DNA from: an uncultured delta proteobacterium
GTDB lineage: Bacteria > Desulfobacterota > Binatia > Binatales > Binataceae
Direction of reading: 5' to 3'
NCBI GenBank assembly: GCA_963711565.1
Contig: CAVQEQ010000003.1
Coordinates: 768,001 to 832,000, forward strand
DNA: 64,000 nt
The notes beneath the pieces are model-generated. The model was not told the origin of the DNA and searched no databases. It saw only the letters and a program-made list of their open reading frames with translations. Positions 51,561 to 59,559 of this stretch are shown piece after piece; within the stretch, counting starts at the first letter, position 1; every line of letters starts with the position of its first letter. A program made the position numbers and the translations under genes.

Positions 51561-53128
51561 CGCGCAGTGCCAATAGCCTCCTTGACGATATCGTCCAGGC
51601 TTTCGCCGCCGCTCTGCTTCCTCACGCGTTGTCCGATGAAGACGATCATATCGCGAGGCGGTAGAGGCATCGCGCGCAACTCCGTTGCGCTCACCTGTGT
51701 ATTGCCACTTGATACTCTGAAGTAGGTGTCGAGCAACTCGCTATTGAGAAGCGCGGCCAGCCCCAAAGCTTCGTTCTCGTTCATTTCGTCACGCATCGAA
51801 TATATGTAGTTCAAGTGATTCTCGATCCCGAGCAGTGACCCGGGAACAGAGCCTTTCAGCCAAGGCGCAGCAACTAATCGCCGCGCTTCTTCTTTCGCGC
51901 TGAAGCGTCGGATCAAAACGTAGTTGCGGTTGGGTAGTAGCAGAGATTTTTCGGTCGCGACTGTGCTGATGTATTGAGGTTTGCGCGTCTCAATTGGGAA
52001 GGTTACCTGCATCGCCAGGACGTGGTTCATCCAGATGAGAGGGGCATAGTCGTTCGATGGAACACCAATCTTGTCGATATACTCAGTTGCTCGAAAAGGA
52101 ACGACCGGTCCCGTCGAGATATTCATCTCGTACTGGTGGAGAGAGCCGGTCCACGAATCGACGAGGCGAAGCGCCGCGTCCTCACCCGGCAGAATCGGAA
52201 GGCGGAAGATTTTAGAGCTGCTAGCCATGTCCAGCGCGTCTCTAAGCGGAAGCGATCGGCGATTAAGATGAGCGAGGTCCGCGATACCGGCACTGCCAGT
52301 TATCTCCAGCTCGAAACCTTCGCGACTATGTTGCCATCCGTCGTCCCTGACACCTCTCAGAATAATGCTCTCCTGGAGAACCTCGTCTCGTCCGAAGGCT
52401 TCGCGGCGCGAGCCAAAGACGTGAACCCCCACAGGGCGGATGTTAGCGAAGAACTTTTCTCGAAAGAGCCGGAAGTATGGACCTGATGCGAAACTGCGAG
52501 GTGTTATGAACAGGAACTCTCCCCCCTTTCGTAAGAGGGCCGCGGTCGCCGCCATGAAGAGTGCATAAATGTTCGGCTGTCCATGAACGACGACCATCGC
52601 AGCCTGAGCCCGGGGATCGTCTTTAGAAATCTTGAAGTACGGCGGATTCGCGATAACTAGATCGAAGCACTCCCTCGATTGCGTATCAAACAAGTGACCG
52701 TTGGATCTGAAGCTTCCAGCGTGGGCCAACACGAAGTCCTGCTTTTCGATCCTGACACTCACTTCAACTTGATGCTCTTCGGCCCAGCGCTTGAGACGGT
52801 CCAGGACAGAAGCGAGAGCTTCTTGTAGATCCGGATCTGTCTCGTATGCGGTTAGTTCCACTTTACGCACCCGTGGTTCGGCTATTGCCAAACCCTCAAC
52901 AATCGCGCAGAGAAGAGTGCCGGATCCTGCGGCGGGATCCAGAATTCGGATCTCCGACGCGCTGGTATTTGCTTGCCCGGCAATGAAGTCGGCCACTTCG
53001 ACAGGTGTGAGGTACAGCCCGCCAGCTTTACGCTCGGCGGGAGTTTTGCGCGCTACGATCCCTGCGCCAAGACGGTCCGCAAACCGGCTGGGAAGACTCT
53101 CCCAACTGTGACGCTTATACGAAGCCAC
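51557..53128 (-). CDS. N6-adenine DNA methyltransferase (BsuBI/PstI, Eco57I-like domain)
   Basis: ILDPAAGSG motif I, NPPY motif IV, TGPVVPFR, ENHLN, GNTQVSATEL. Confidence 0.92.
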   Translation of the reverse strand: MASYKRHSWESLPSRFADRLGAGIVARKTPAERKAGGLYLTPVEVADFIAGQANTSASEIRILDPAAGSGTLLCAIVEGLAIAEPRVRKVELTAYETDPDLQEALASVLDRLKRWAEEHQVEVSVRIEKQDFVLAHAGSFRSNGHLFDTQSRECFDLVIANPPYFKISKDDPRAQAAMVVVHGQPNIYALFMAATAALLRKGGEFLFITPRSFASGPYFRLFREKFFANIRPVGVHVFGSRREAFGRDEVLQESIILRGVRDDGWQHSREGFELEITGSAGIADLAHLNRRSLPLRDALDMASSSKIFRLPILPGEDAALRLVDSWTGSLHQYEMNISTGPVVPFRATEYIDKIGVPSNDYAPLIWMNHVLAMQVTFPIETRKPQYISTVATEKSLLLPNRNYVLIRRFSAKEEARRLVAAPWLKGSVPGSLLGIENHLNYIYSMRDEMNENEALGLAALLNSELLDTYFRVSSGNTQVSATELRAMPLPPRDMIVFIGQRVRKQSGGESLDDIVKEAIGTAR

Positions 53129-53217
53129 CGATGCCAGTATGAGTTGCTCCTAATCTTGGTTTCAATCGGGTCGGCCCAGCTTTTTTTGCGGGCGGCGGCG
53201 TGCCAGCATCGTAGGGT

Positions 53218-53898
53218 ATGAACGCGTTGCGGATTCTGTTGATCGAGGACGAGGCCCGGTTGGCTAACTCGATTAAGCAGGGACTCGTCGAGGAAGACTT
53301 TGCGGTCGAAATCGCCGGGAGTGCGGAGGCGGCCGAGCCGCTAATCGCGCGCGGCGCGATCGATCTGATCGTGCTCAACGTCGGCTTGCCGGGGAAAGGC
53401 GGGCTCGAGCTGCTGAAAGAGATGCGCGCGGCGGGCAACCAGACTCCCGTCTTGATCCTGACGGCTCGCGGCGCGCTTGAAGAACGCGTGGCCGGACTCG
53501 ACACGGGCGGCGACGACTACCTGACCAAGCCGTTCGCGTTTGCGGAGCTGGTCGCCAGAATCAAGGCGCTGGCGCGGCGGCCCCGGGCGGCGGCCTCGAC
53601 GATGCTCAAGGTCGGCGACCTGGAGTTCGACACCGTCAAGCGGCGCGCGAAAATCGGCGAGCACAATCTCAATCTGTCGCCGAAGGAAAAAATGCTGCTC
53701 GAATTGCTGATGCGCAACGCCGGGCAGGTGGTGACGCGCGACATGATCGCGGAGACCGTCTGGGATTCGAACTACAGCTCGCTGACCAACCTGATCGAAG
53801 TATTCGTCAATCGGCTGCGCCAGAAGATCGATCCGCGCGCCGATCGTTCGCTGATAGTCACCGTGCGCGGAGTTGGATACACGATGCGCGCGGAATGA
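53218..53898 (+). CDS. OmpR-family response regulator (phosphoacceptor position reads Asn)
   Basis: LLIEDE, LNVGLPG, LTAR, DDYLTKPF, TVRGVGY. Confidence 0.92.
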   Translation: MNALRILLIEDEARLANSIKQGLVEEDFAVEIAGSAEAAEPLIARGAIDLIVLNVGLPGKGGLELLKEMRAAGNQTPVLILTARGALEERVAGLDTGGDDYLTKPFAFAELVARIKALARRPRAAASTMLKVGDLEFDTVKRRAKIGEHNLNLSPKEKMLLELLMRNAGQVVTRDMIAETVWDSNYSSLTNLIEVFVNRLRQKIDPRADRSLIVTVRGVGYTMRAE

Positions 53899-53928
53899 CG
53901 CCGCACGCGCCGCGCGCGCTCGCTGCCA

Positions 53929-55305
53929 ATGACGATCAGACTCAGGCTAACCATTTACTGGGCCGCGGTGCTGGCGGCTATCCTGCTGGTGGCGGCTATT
54001 GCGGTCGTGAAAATCTTCGTGCGTCAGCAATTCAGCGCGCTCGACGCGGCGTTGTTGGAAGAAGCGCAGACTGTAGCCGATCAGATCCAGGGCAAGGGCA
54101 GTTCGAGCGCGCTTGGAATCCTGCAGCGGTTGAGCCTCGAGACGGATATCGGGCCGGGCAGGCGCGTGCGAATCGTCACCCAGCACGGCGAGGTCGGAAA
54201 CTACGGCAACGTCCACACGACTCCGCCGCCATTCGATCGAAGCCTGCCGACGCATCCGGCGATTGTCGGCAACCGCGCGTTCAGGTTCGCGGTGGTGCCG
54301 ATGATGTACAACGGCGAGATCGCGTACCTGCAAAGCGGGGTACAGACGGGGCTCATCTACGAATCGGTCAACAGCCTGCGCAACCTGCTGCTGCTGATGG
54401 TGCCGATCATCCTGATCTTTTGCGTCGGTGGCGGGTATTTGCTGGCGGGCCGGGCGCTGCGCCCGATCGAATCTGTGACGGCGGAGCTTGATGCGATCGG
54501 TCCGACGAACCTGAGCTCGCGGCTGACAGTCCCGCCGGTGGCGGATGAAGTCGAACGTCTCACGGAAGTTATCAACGCGTTGCTCGAACGGCTCGAACGC
54601 GCGTCGGCGACGGAGCGCAGATTCGCATCGGACGCCGCGCACGAACTGCGGACTCCGCTGGCGGTGCTGCGCACGGGTCTGGAAGTAGCTCTCGCGCGCG
54701 AGCGTACCCCCGAGCAAAATCGCGCGGCGCTGGGCGCGGCGCATCGCGAGGCGCTGTCGCTGTGCCGGATAGCCGACGAGTTGCTGATGCTGTCGCGGCT
54801 CAACGGCGAGGTGATGGTCGATCGGCATCGGCTGAATCTTCGCGCGCTGCTTACCGAGATCGCGGCGACGGTCGGACCGCTGGCGCAGGCGCGCGAGATC
54901 AAGCTTTCGGTCGATGCGCCGCAGGACGCCTTCGTCAATGGCAACGAGGGACATCTACGCCGCCTGATCGTCAACCTGCTCGACAACGCTCTCAAGTTCA
55001 CGCCGGCGGGTGGTTCGATCGACGTTGGGCTGAAGAGCGACGCGAACCGGGCGATACTTCGCGTCGCCGACACCGGCGAAGGAATCCATCCGGCGGAGCT
55101 GCCGCACATTTTCGATCGATTTTTTCGCGGTGCGGGGTCGCCCGGCGAAGGCAGCGGGCTGGGCCTGAGCCTGTGCCGCGAAATCGCACGGGCGCACGGC
55201 GGCGAAATCGCGGCCGCGAATCTGCCGTCGGGCGGAACCGCGTTCGTCGTGACGCTGGCGCTTTACAAAGAGGATCCGAACAAAGCCACCGCGCCGCTCC
55301 GATAG
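53929..55305 (+). CDS. HAMP sensor histidine kinase
   Basis: Two TMs, AAHELRTPL, NLLDNALKF, DTGEGI, GSGLGL. Confidence 0.93.
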   Translation: MTIRLRLTIYWAAVLAAILLVAAIAVVKIFVRQQFSALDAALLEEAQTVADQIQGKGSSSALGILQRLSLETDIGPGRRVRIVTQHGEVGNYGNVHTTPPPFDRSLPTHPAIVGNRAFRFAVVPMMYNGEIAYLQSGVQTGLIYESVNSLRNLLLLMVPIILIFCVGGGYLLAGRALRPIESVTAELDAIGPTNLSSRLTVPPVADEVERLTEVINALLERLERASATERRFASDAAHELRTPLAVLRTGLEVALARERTPEQNRAALGAAHREALSLCRIADELLMLSRLNGEVMVDRHRLNLRALLTEIAATVGPLAQAREIKLSVDAPQDAFVNGNEGHLRRLIVNLLDNALKFTPAGGSIDVGLKSDANRAILRVADTGEGIHPAELPHIFDRFFRGAGSPGEGSGLGLSLCREIARAHGGEIAAANLPSGGTAFVVTLALYKEDPNKATAPLR

Positions 55306-55335
55306 AGTAGCGCGCTCGTCGCAGCCCTAGGTACC

Positions 55336-56004
55336 TCATACGAGGCCCGGCCACAAACGGGACGGGACGCGGTCCATGTAGCTGCGATACTCGGGATCCG
55401 CGCTTAGGTGCGCCTCTTCCTGGTCGATTCGCCAGACCATAAACGGGAGCGTTGCTACGATCAGGATAATGTTGCGGTCGTTCGGATAAGACATCGCATA
55501 GCCGATCGAGAGTATGAGCCACCCGAAATATACCGGATGACGAACCCATCGAAACGGCCCCTTCGACACGATGCCGCGGTTCGCGGGCAATATGCCGAAG
55601 CTCCGGCCCATATAGACGCGTGCGACCTGGGTCAGCACTACGCCGAACAATTCGAAGATAAGTCCGGTCGTCGCAAGCGCGCCGGTAGACTGATTGATCG
55701 GACGCATGAAGCACGGGAGGATCAACATGCCGCCCGACGCTGCGATCGTGCGCAGACTTACGGTTGCGCTGCGCGGAGCAAATCGCGCGAACGACATTAC
55801 GGCCATGATCGCGGCGCCAGCGATCCACACAACATTCGCGGCGCCCGCGAGCGTGAAGCTGAGTTCGCGTCCAGCCGGCAGCATCGCCAATAAGAAAGAT
55901 ACCGCGAGCACGCAGTCGCCAAGGGCGCGCCTCAATCCTGCGATTGTTAAATAGGATTGTGGAACTGCGGCGGGCGCGGGAATGCGAGCGGCAATTGCTT
56001 CCAT
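55336..56004 (-). CDS. ICMT/PEMT-family membrane methyltransferase
   Basis: GRSFGILPANRGIV..GPFRWVRHPVY, RI..EE. Confidence 0.85.
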   Translation of the reverse strand: MEAIAARIPAPAAVPQSYLTIAGLRRALGDCVLAVSFLLAMLPAGRELSFTLAGAANVVWIAGAAIMAVMSFARFAPRSATVSLRTIAASGGMLILPCFMRPINQSTGALATTGLIFELFGVVLTQVARVYMGRSFGILPANRGIVSKGPFRWVRHPVYFGWLILSIGYAMSYPNDRNIILIVATLPFMVWRIDQEEAHLSADPEYRSYMDRVPSRLWPGLV

Positions 56005-56255
56005 AAATACATAGTGTGCTAGTCACATTATACTAAGCAAACAGTCGCGAAATATATGTGAAAACCTCACTTACTATTCAGTTCTATAGTAACTTCCAGC
56101 TATCTCAGTACCGCGACTGTCGTCCTCGATTGGCTACTCATTCCGCCGGGTCGCGAACACGCCTGGGAAGCGCGAATCGGCGCCACTCGGTCACCATTGC
56201 CGCCCGCGCTACCTTTGCTAAGATGGCGAGGTTAAAGTCTGCTGCTTCTCCGAGT

Positions 56256-56341
56256 GCCGAGGTGGCGGAATGGCAGACGCAGAGGACTCAAAATCCTCCG
56301 TGGGCAACCACGTGCGGGTTCAAGTCCCGCCCTCGGCACCA
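56256..56341 (+). tRNA. tRNA-Leu(CAA)
   Basis: GCCGAGG/CCTCGGC acceptor stem, GAGGA-CTCAAAA-TCCTC anticodon arm, long variable arm, GTTCAAGTC T-loop, encoded CCA. Confidence 0.96.
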
Positions 56342-56440
56342 ACTTCCGTCAGGCGACTTCTAGGCGACTACTAACCGTTGATTCCTGGCAGCCCTTGCCG
56401 GATGCGGATCTTGTATGAGCTTGACGGTCAGCCCGCACGC

Positions 56441-57166
56441 TTAGCCGACGACAGCAAAAGGAAAATACGGTTCTCCGCTCCTACCGCTATCGATCTGCGG
56501 ATTTTGAGCATAGGCCGTACGTTGCCTTACTACGCTGCGCGCTTTCTCATGAGCAGCCATAATAGACATGACTTGGAGAGCGTTGGGACCCTGAGCTTTC
56601 GCCCAATCAGAACCAGCCGTCATAAGGTGATTCGAATAGTAACCCCCGGTCGAGCTACTTCCGGCAGCTTCTTCGCCAGGACTGCATGCATACGCCTTGA
56701 TAGCAAGTTTAGTGCACCGCTCGATTTCCACGTCGTACATTACCCTACATAGTACGCCATTACGGTTCACGGCCGCTTTGGCTAGAGATTTTAGTAGCAC
56801 ATCTTCTGAGATTTCTGGTGTTCTTTCGACTCTGCAACAGTCAAGAATGATCGTCTGTTTTTTCCCGGTACGCAGGCTGTCCGAATCCAACGTCCCATCT
56901 TCCAGACCTATAAAGGTATCGCGATTAACTTGATCGCCGTGGCCGGCAAACACCACAAGAGAGTAATCTGCACCTTTAAGACGTTGGACGGCGTTCAGAA
57001 CGTCTGCCGTGTCCGGCCGTATCAGTCGTTCGATCTCTTCCGAGTACCAAAACCCTCCATGCTCATGCATCAAGAATGCACAATATTCACGGACGTCGAT
57101 CCGAACGCCGGTTCTGTCTGGCTCATCTTTGCCCGGATGCCCAATTATAAGAGCGCGTCGTTCCAT
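56441..57166 (-). CDS. Caspase-like protease (peptidase C14)
   Basis: RRALIIG first strand, FAGHG catalytic His, ILDCCR catalytic Cys, ACSPGEEA, GGYYS, QNP. Confidence 0.85.
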   Translation of the reverse strand: MERRALIIGHPGKDEPDRTGVRIDVREYCAFLMHEHGGFWYSEEIERLIRPDTADVLNAVQRLKGADYSLVVFAGHGDQVNRDTFIGLEDGTLDSDSLRTGKKQTIILDCCRVERTPEISEDVLLKSLAKAAVNRNGVLCRVMYDVEIERCTKLAIKAYACSPGEEAAGSSSTGGYYSNHLMTAGSDWAKAQGPNALQVMSIMAAHEKARSVVRQRTAYAQNPQIDSGRSGEPYFPFAVVG

Positions 57167-57184
57167 TCTGTTTTTAATCCTCGG

Positions 57185-57838
57185 CTAGCCTTCAGGGTGT
57201 AACGTCATCTCGTCTCGCAGAAATTCCTCAAGGCGTTCGCCACTAGGTTCGATCGCCGCCCGCGTCTTCCCTTCTTCCCTAGCTTCGCGTTCATAAAACT
57301 CATTGGCGACCCACTCGAATTCAGTGAACGATTGCGGCACATTTCCCTCGCGCTGACGATCGCGTTCGCGGAAAACATACTCCTTGCAGGCCGTCCACCA
57401 GCGAGACGCATGAAAGCCAAACGTGTTCCAAGCTAGCTCCTTGTGAATCAAACCGAGCCGATATAGAATCGCGAATGATTCAAAGAAGTCCATCACCGAC
57501 TCGGTGATCTCGTCGTGATTAGCCTTATCTAAAATCTTGCGTGCTAGGACAGCTCGATGCTTTTCCATCCGCTCGCCATCCCACTTCTCTTCAACCATCA
57601 TGTGCAGTCTGACTGCGAGGTCCGCTCTGAGATCATCTGACTGCTGCCGCATTGCGGTTCGCACATCGCCTGAATGACGTTCTAGTGCCGTCTGCGCGTC
57701 TTGCGCCTGCTGGCTTATGGCAGACTTCGTCGCATTAACTAAAGAACGAGTTAACCGATACAAGCCGAAGGTAGCCCCAGCAAGGACCCAAGTCCCGATT
57801 GCAACCCAGTCGAGTTTACATGCAGATTCGAAATTCAC
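57185..57838 (-). CDS. Single-TM membrane protein with coiled linker and DUF4760-like domain
   Basis: N-terminal TM (WVAIGTWVLAGATFGL); VMDFFESFAILYRLGLI and FTEFEWVA patterns. Confidence 0.7.
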   Translation of the reverse strand: MNFESACKLDWVAIGTWVLAGATFGLYRLTRSLVNATKSAISQQAQDAQTALERHSGDVRTAMRQQSDDLRADLAVRLHMMVEEKWDGERMEKHRAVLARKILDKANHDEITESVMDFFESFAILYRLGLIHKELAWNTFGFHASRWWTACKEYVFRERDRQREGNVPQSFTEFEWVANEFYEREAREEGKTRAAIEPSGERLEEFLRDEMTLHPEG

Positions 57839-57851
57839 CCCTGCTTCCTAT

Positions 57852-58091
57852 CTACGAAACGTCTGTGACTGTCAGGAACACACTGCAGTGATTTTCCCAA
57901 TAGGTGAGGTAGCGCGAGAGCACCATGTATTTATTGGTCTGCCCCACGGCGCCGCCGACATTCTTGCAGTCAACAATATCGCCTACGTTCGGAAGAGGAA
58001 GCGACTGGCCAGCCGCGATTTCCACGGGTTCGTGTATGTCGGGAGATCCCTTCGCTCTGTACTTGACAAAGACGTGGGTATTATCAGTCAT
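57852..58091 (-). CDS. Small hypothetical beta-rich protein
   Basis: Fills the gap in a tightly packed operon; LPLPNVGDIV...Y.V.SR pattern. Alternative ATG at 58109. Confidence 0.65.
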   Translation of the reverse strand: MTDNTHVFVKYRAKGSPDIHEPVEIAAGQSLPLPNVGDIVDCKNVGGAVGQTNKYMVLSRYLTYWENHCSVFLTVTDVS

Positions 58092-58109
58092 AGATTCACC
58101 GCTGCCCAT

Positions 58110-58436
58110 CTAATCAGCGAGCCGTGTAAGCACCGCTCGAAAAGTAACTCCAGGCACCTCGGTTGCAGTCCCCATCAACTGCGCGGAATCGCCCTGCGAT
58201 GAGCCGGTAAGGGTGATGTTGACTCGGTCTATGCCAAATACCGAAGTCATAAAAGAAGTATTCGTATGGAGATCCACTTTCACACGGGCAGTGACTTGTC
58301 CGCTGCTCTCGTTGAAAGTGCCGACGTAGTAGGTGCGCGAGTCACCACCCCTCACCTTGCCGTCTTGGATTGCCAAGACTCCGACTCCCGACCCTCGTGG
58401 CGTCGAGAAAGCAACTTTATATAGCCCATCTCTCAT
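58110..58436 (-). CDS. GrlR-like beta-barrel protein
   Basis: MRDGLYKVAFSTPRGSGVGV...GKVRGGDS..YYVG pattern; GGAGG RBS. Confidence 0.75.
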   Translation of the reverse strand: MRDGLYKVAFSTPRGSGVGVLAIQDGKVRGGDSRTYYVGTFNESSGQVTARVKVDLHTNTSFMTSVFGIDRVNITLTGSSQGDSAQLMGTATEVPGVTFRAVLTRLAD

Positions 58437-58569
58437 CGGCCCTAACCTCCTGCTTTTTCAAATTCTAGCGGATGAGTTCACGGCAATCGAGACAGCGGAC
58501 CAACACGTTGTCAACGGTTGTCAAGCGATTGCCGACCCCGGCGCAGCGCAGGTTTAGCAGGAGTGCATT

Positions 58570-59559
58570 TCACATTAGCCCTTGCCGGATGCGGGCGGAA
58601 AAATCGGGAGAGTCGCCGGCGGCTTTTGCTTTTTCTGTGATGTTGCTCCGCGACCGCAGCTCCGCGAAGGGGATGCTTGTGTCGATCTGGCCGCGCTCAT
58701 AAAGCAGTTCGTCGAGATGTCCGTTTGCCAGCAGCCGCCAGTCGAGACTGCCGCCGGCGCCGATGTTTTGCGCGTGGCCTCGAATCGCCGTCGTACAGTT
58801 CTGCGTCAATGCGTTGTACCACTCCGGATGATCGGCGAGCTGATTCACTTCGTTCAGGTAATCAACCAGCAGCGCGCGCGCCTGCGCGGGAGTAGCGCTG
58901 ATGCGATACAAATAGACCTGCTCACCGCGGTAGTTGGCTCGCAGCCCGACCAGGTCGCGTTCATCGGCGACCACATAGTACAGCTCGTACTGGCGGAAGA
59001 AACCGCGGATCGCGGAATATGATTCGCCCTTCTCCTTGCGCGTCTCAATCGAGATCGCAAGATGCTGACCGTTGTCGAAATCCCAACTGACGATCGTGTG
59101 CGCGATCTCAGTCGGCCCCCAAAACGAGATAAACAGGTCAACGCCTTTGATCCGATCGAGGTCGCAGCTCCGCGTCTCCCAGCGCTGGTCGTAGTCGGAT
59201 TCGGATCGATATTTGAAATTTCGAACGTTCTCGATCGTAACGCGGCTGCCGTCAAAAGTTACGCGCGCTGTGCGGGACACATCGGGCGTCCAGTCGCGCG
59301 CATTGCTCGGCGGAATCAACGTCCACCAAAGCGCGACGACAATCACCGGAAATAACGCGACCACGAGTCCTCGTAGCAGCGGGCGAACGATAGCCGCCAA
59401 AATGATGCTGACGATCGCCAATCCGGCCGCCATCGGCGCCGCCAGCATGCGCGAATGCGGCCCGTCGAACCAGATCGCCATGACGCCCCATGCGACTGCG
59501 GCAACGACGATCACCAACATCACGATCGTCGCGACGATGCGAACTGCGCGCCGGATCAT
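58570..59559 (-). CDS. DUF4105 (Lnb N-terminal-like) membrane-anchored protein
   Basis: PSNARDW, NVRNF.Y, AHTIVS, SIETRKE, YNALTQNCTT. Confidence 0.88.
   Translation of the reverse strand: MIRRAVRIVATIVMLVIVVAAVAWGVMAIWFDGPHSRMLAAPMAAGLAIVSIILAAIVRPLLRGLVVALFPVIVVALWWTLIPPSNARDWTPDVSRTARVTFDGSRVTIENVRNFKYRSESDYDQRWETRSCDLDRIKGVDLFISFWGPTEIAHTIVSWDFDNGQHLAISIETRKEKGESYSAIRGFFRQYELYYVVADERDLVGLRANYRGEQVYLYRISATPAQARALLVDYLNEVNQLADHPEWYNALTQNCTTAIRGHAQNIGAGGSLDWRLLANGHLDELLYERGQIDTSIPFAELRSRSNITEKAKAAGDSPDFSARIRQGLM

Larger units (their letters stand above)
56390..58594. mobile_element. 2.2-kb integrase-less four-gene cassette bounded by an 18-bp direct repeat
   Basis: AGCCCTTGCCGGATGCGG at 56390-56407 and 58577-58594; interior is lower in GC than the flanks; the displaced 3' end of the DUF4105 gene lies at 56371-56406. 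Confidence 0.85.

Noticed and set aside
56441-58436. Integron cassette array
   Set aside because: Intergenic gaps of 0-18 nt cannot hold attC sites, and there is no intI.
58110-58436. GrlR as evidence of a type III secretion system
   Set aside because: No T3SS genes or GrlA are nearby; only the fold family is supported.
56256-58594. Classical tRNA-integrated island or prophage
   Set aside because: No integrase and no duplicated tRNA 3' end were seen; the flanking repeat belongs to the DUF4105 gene.
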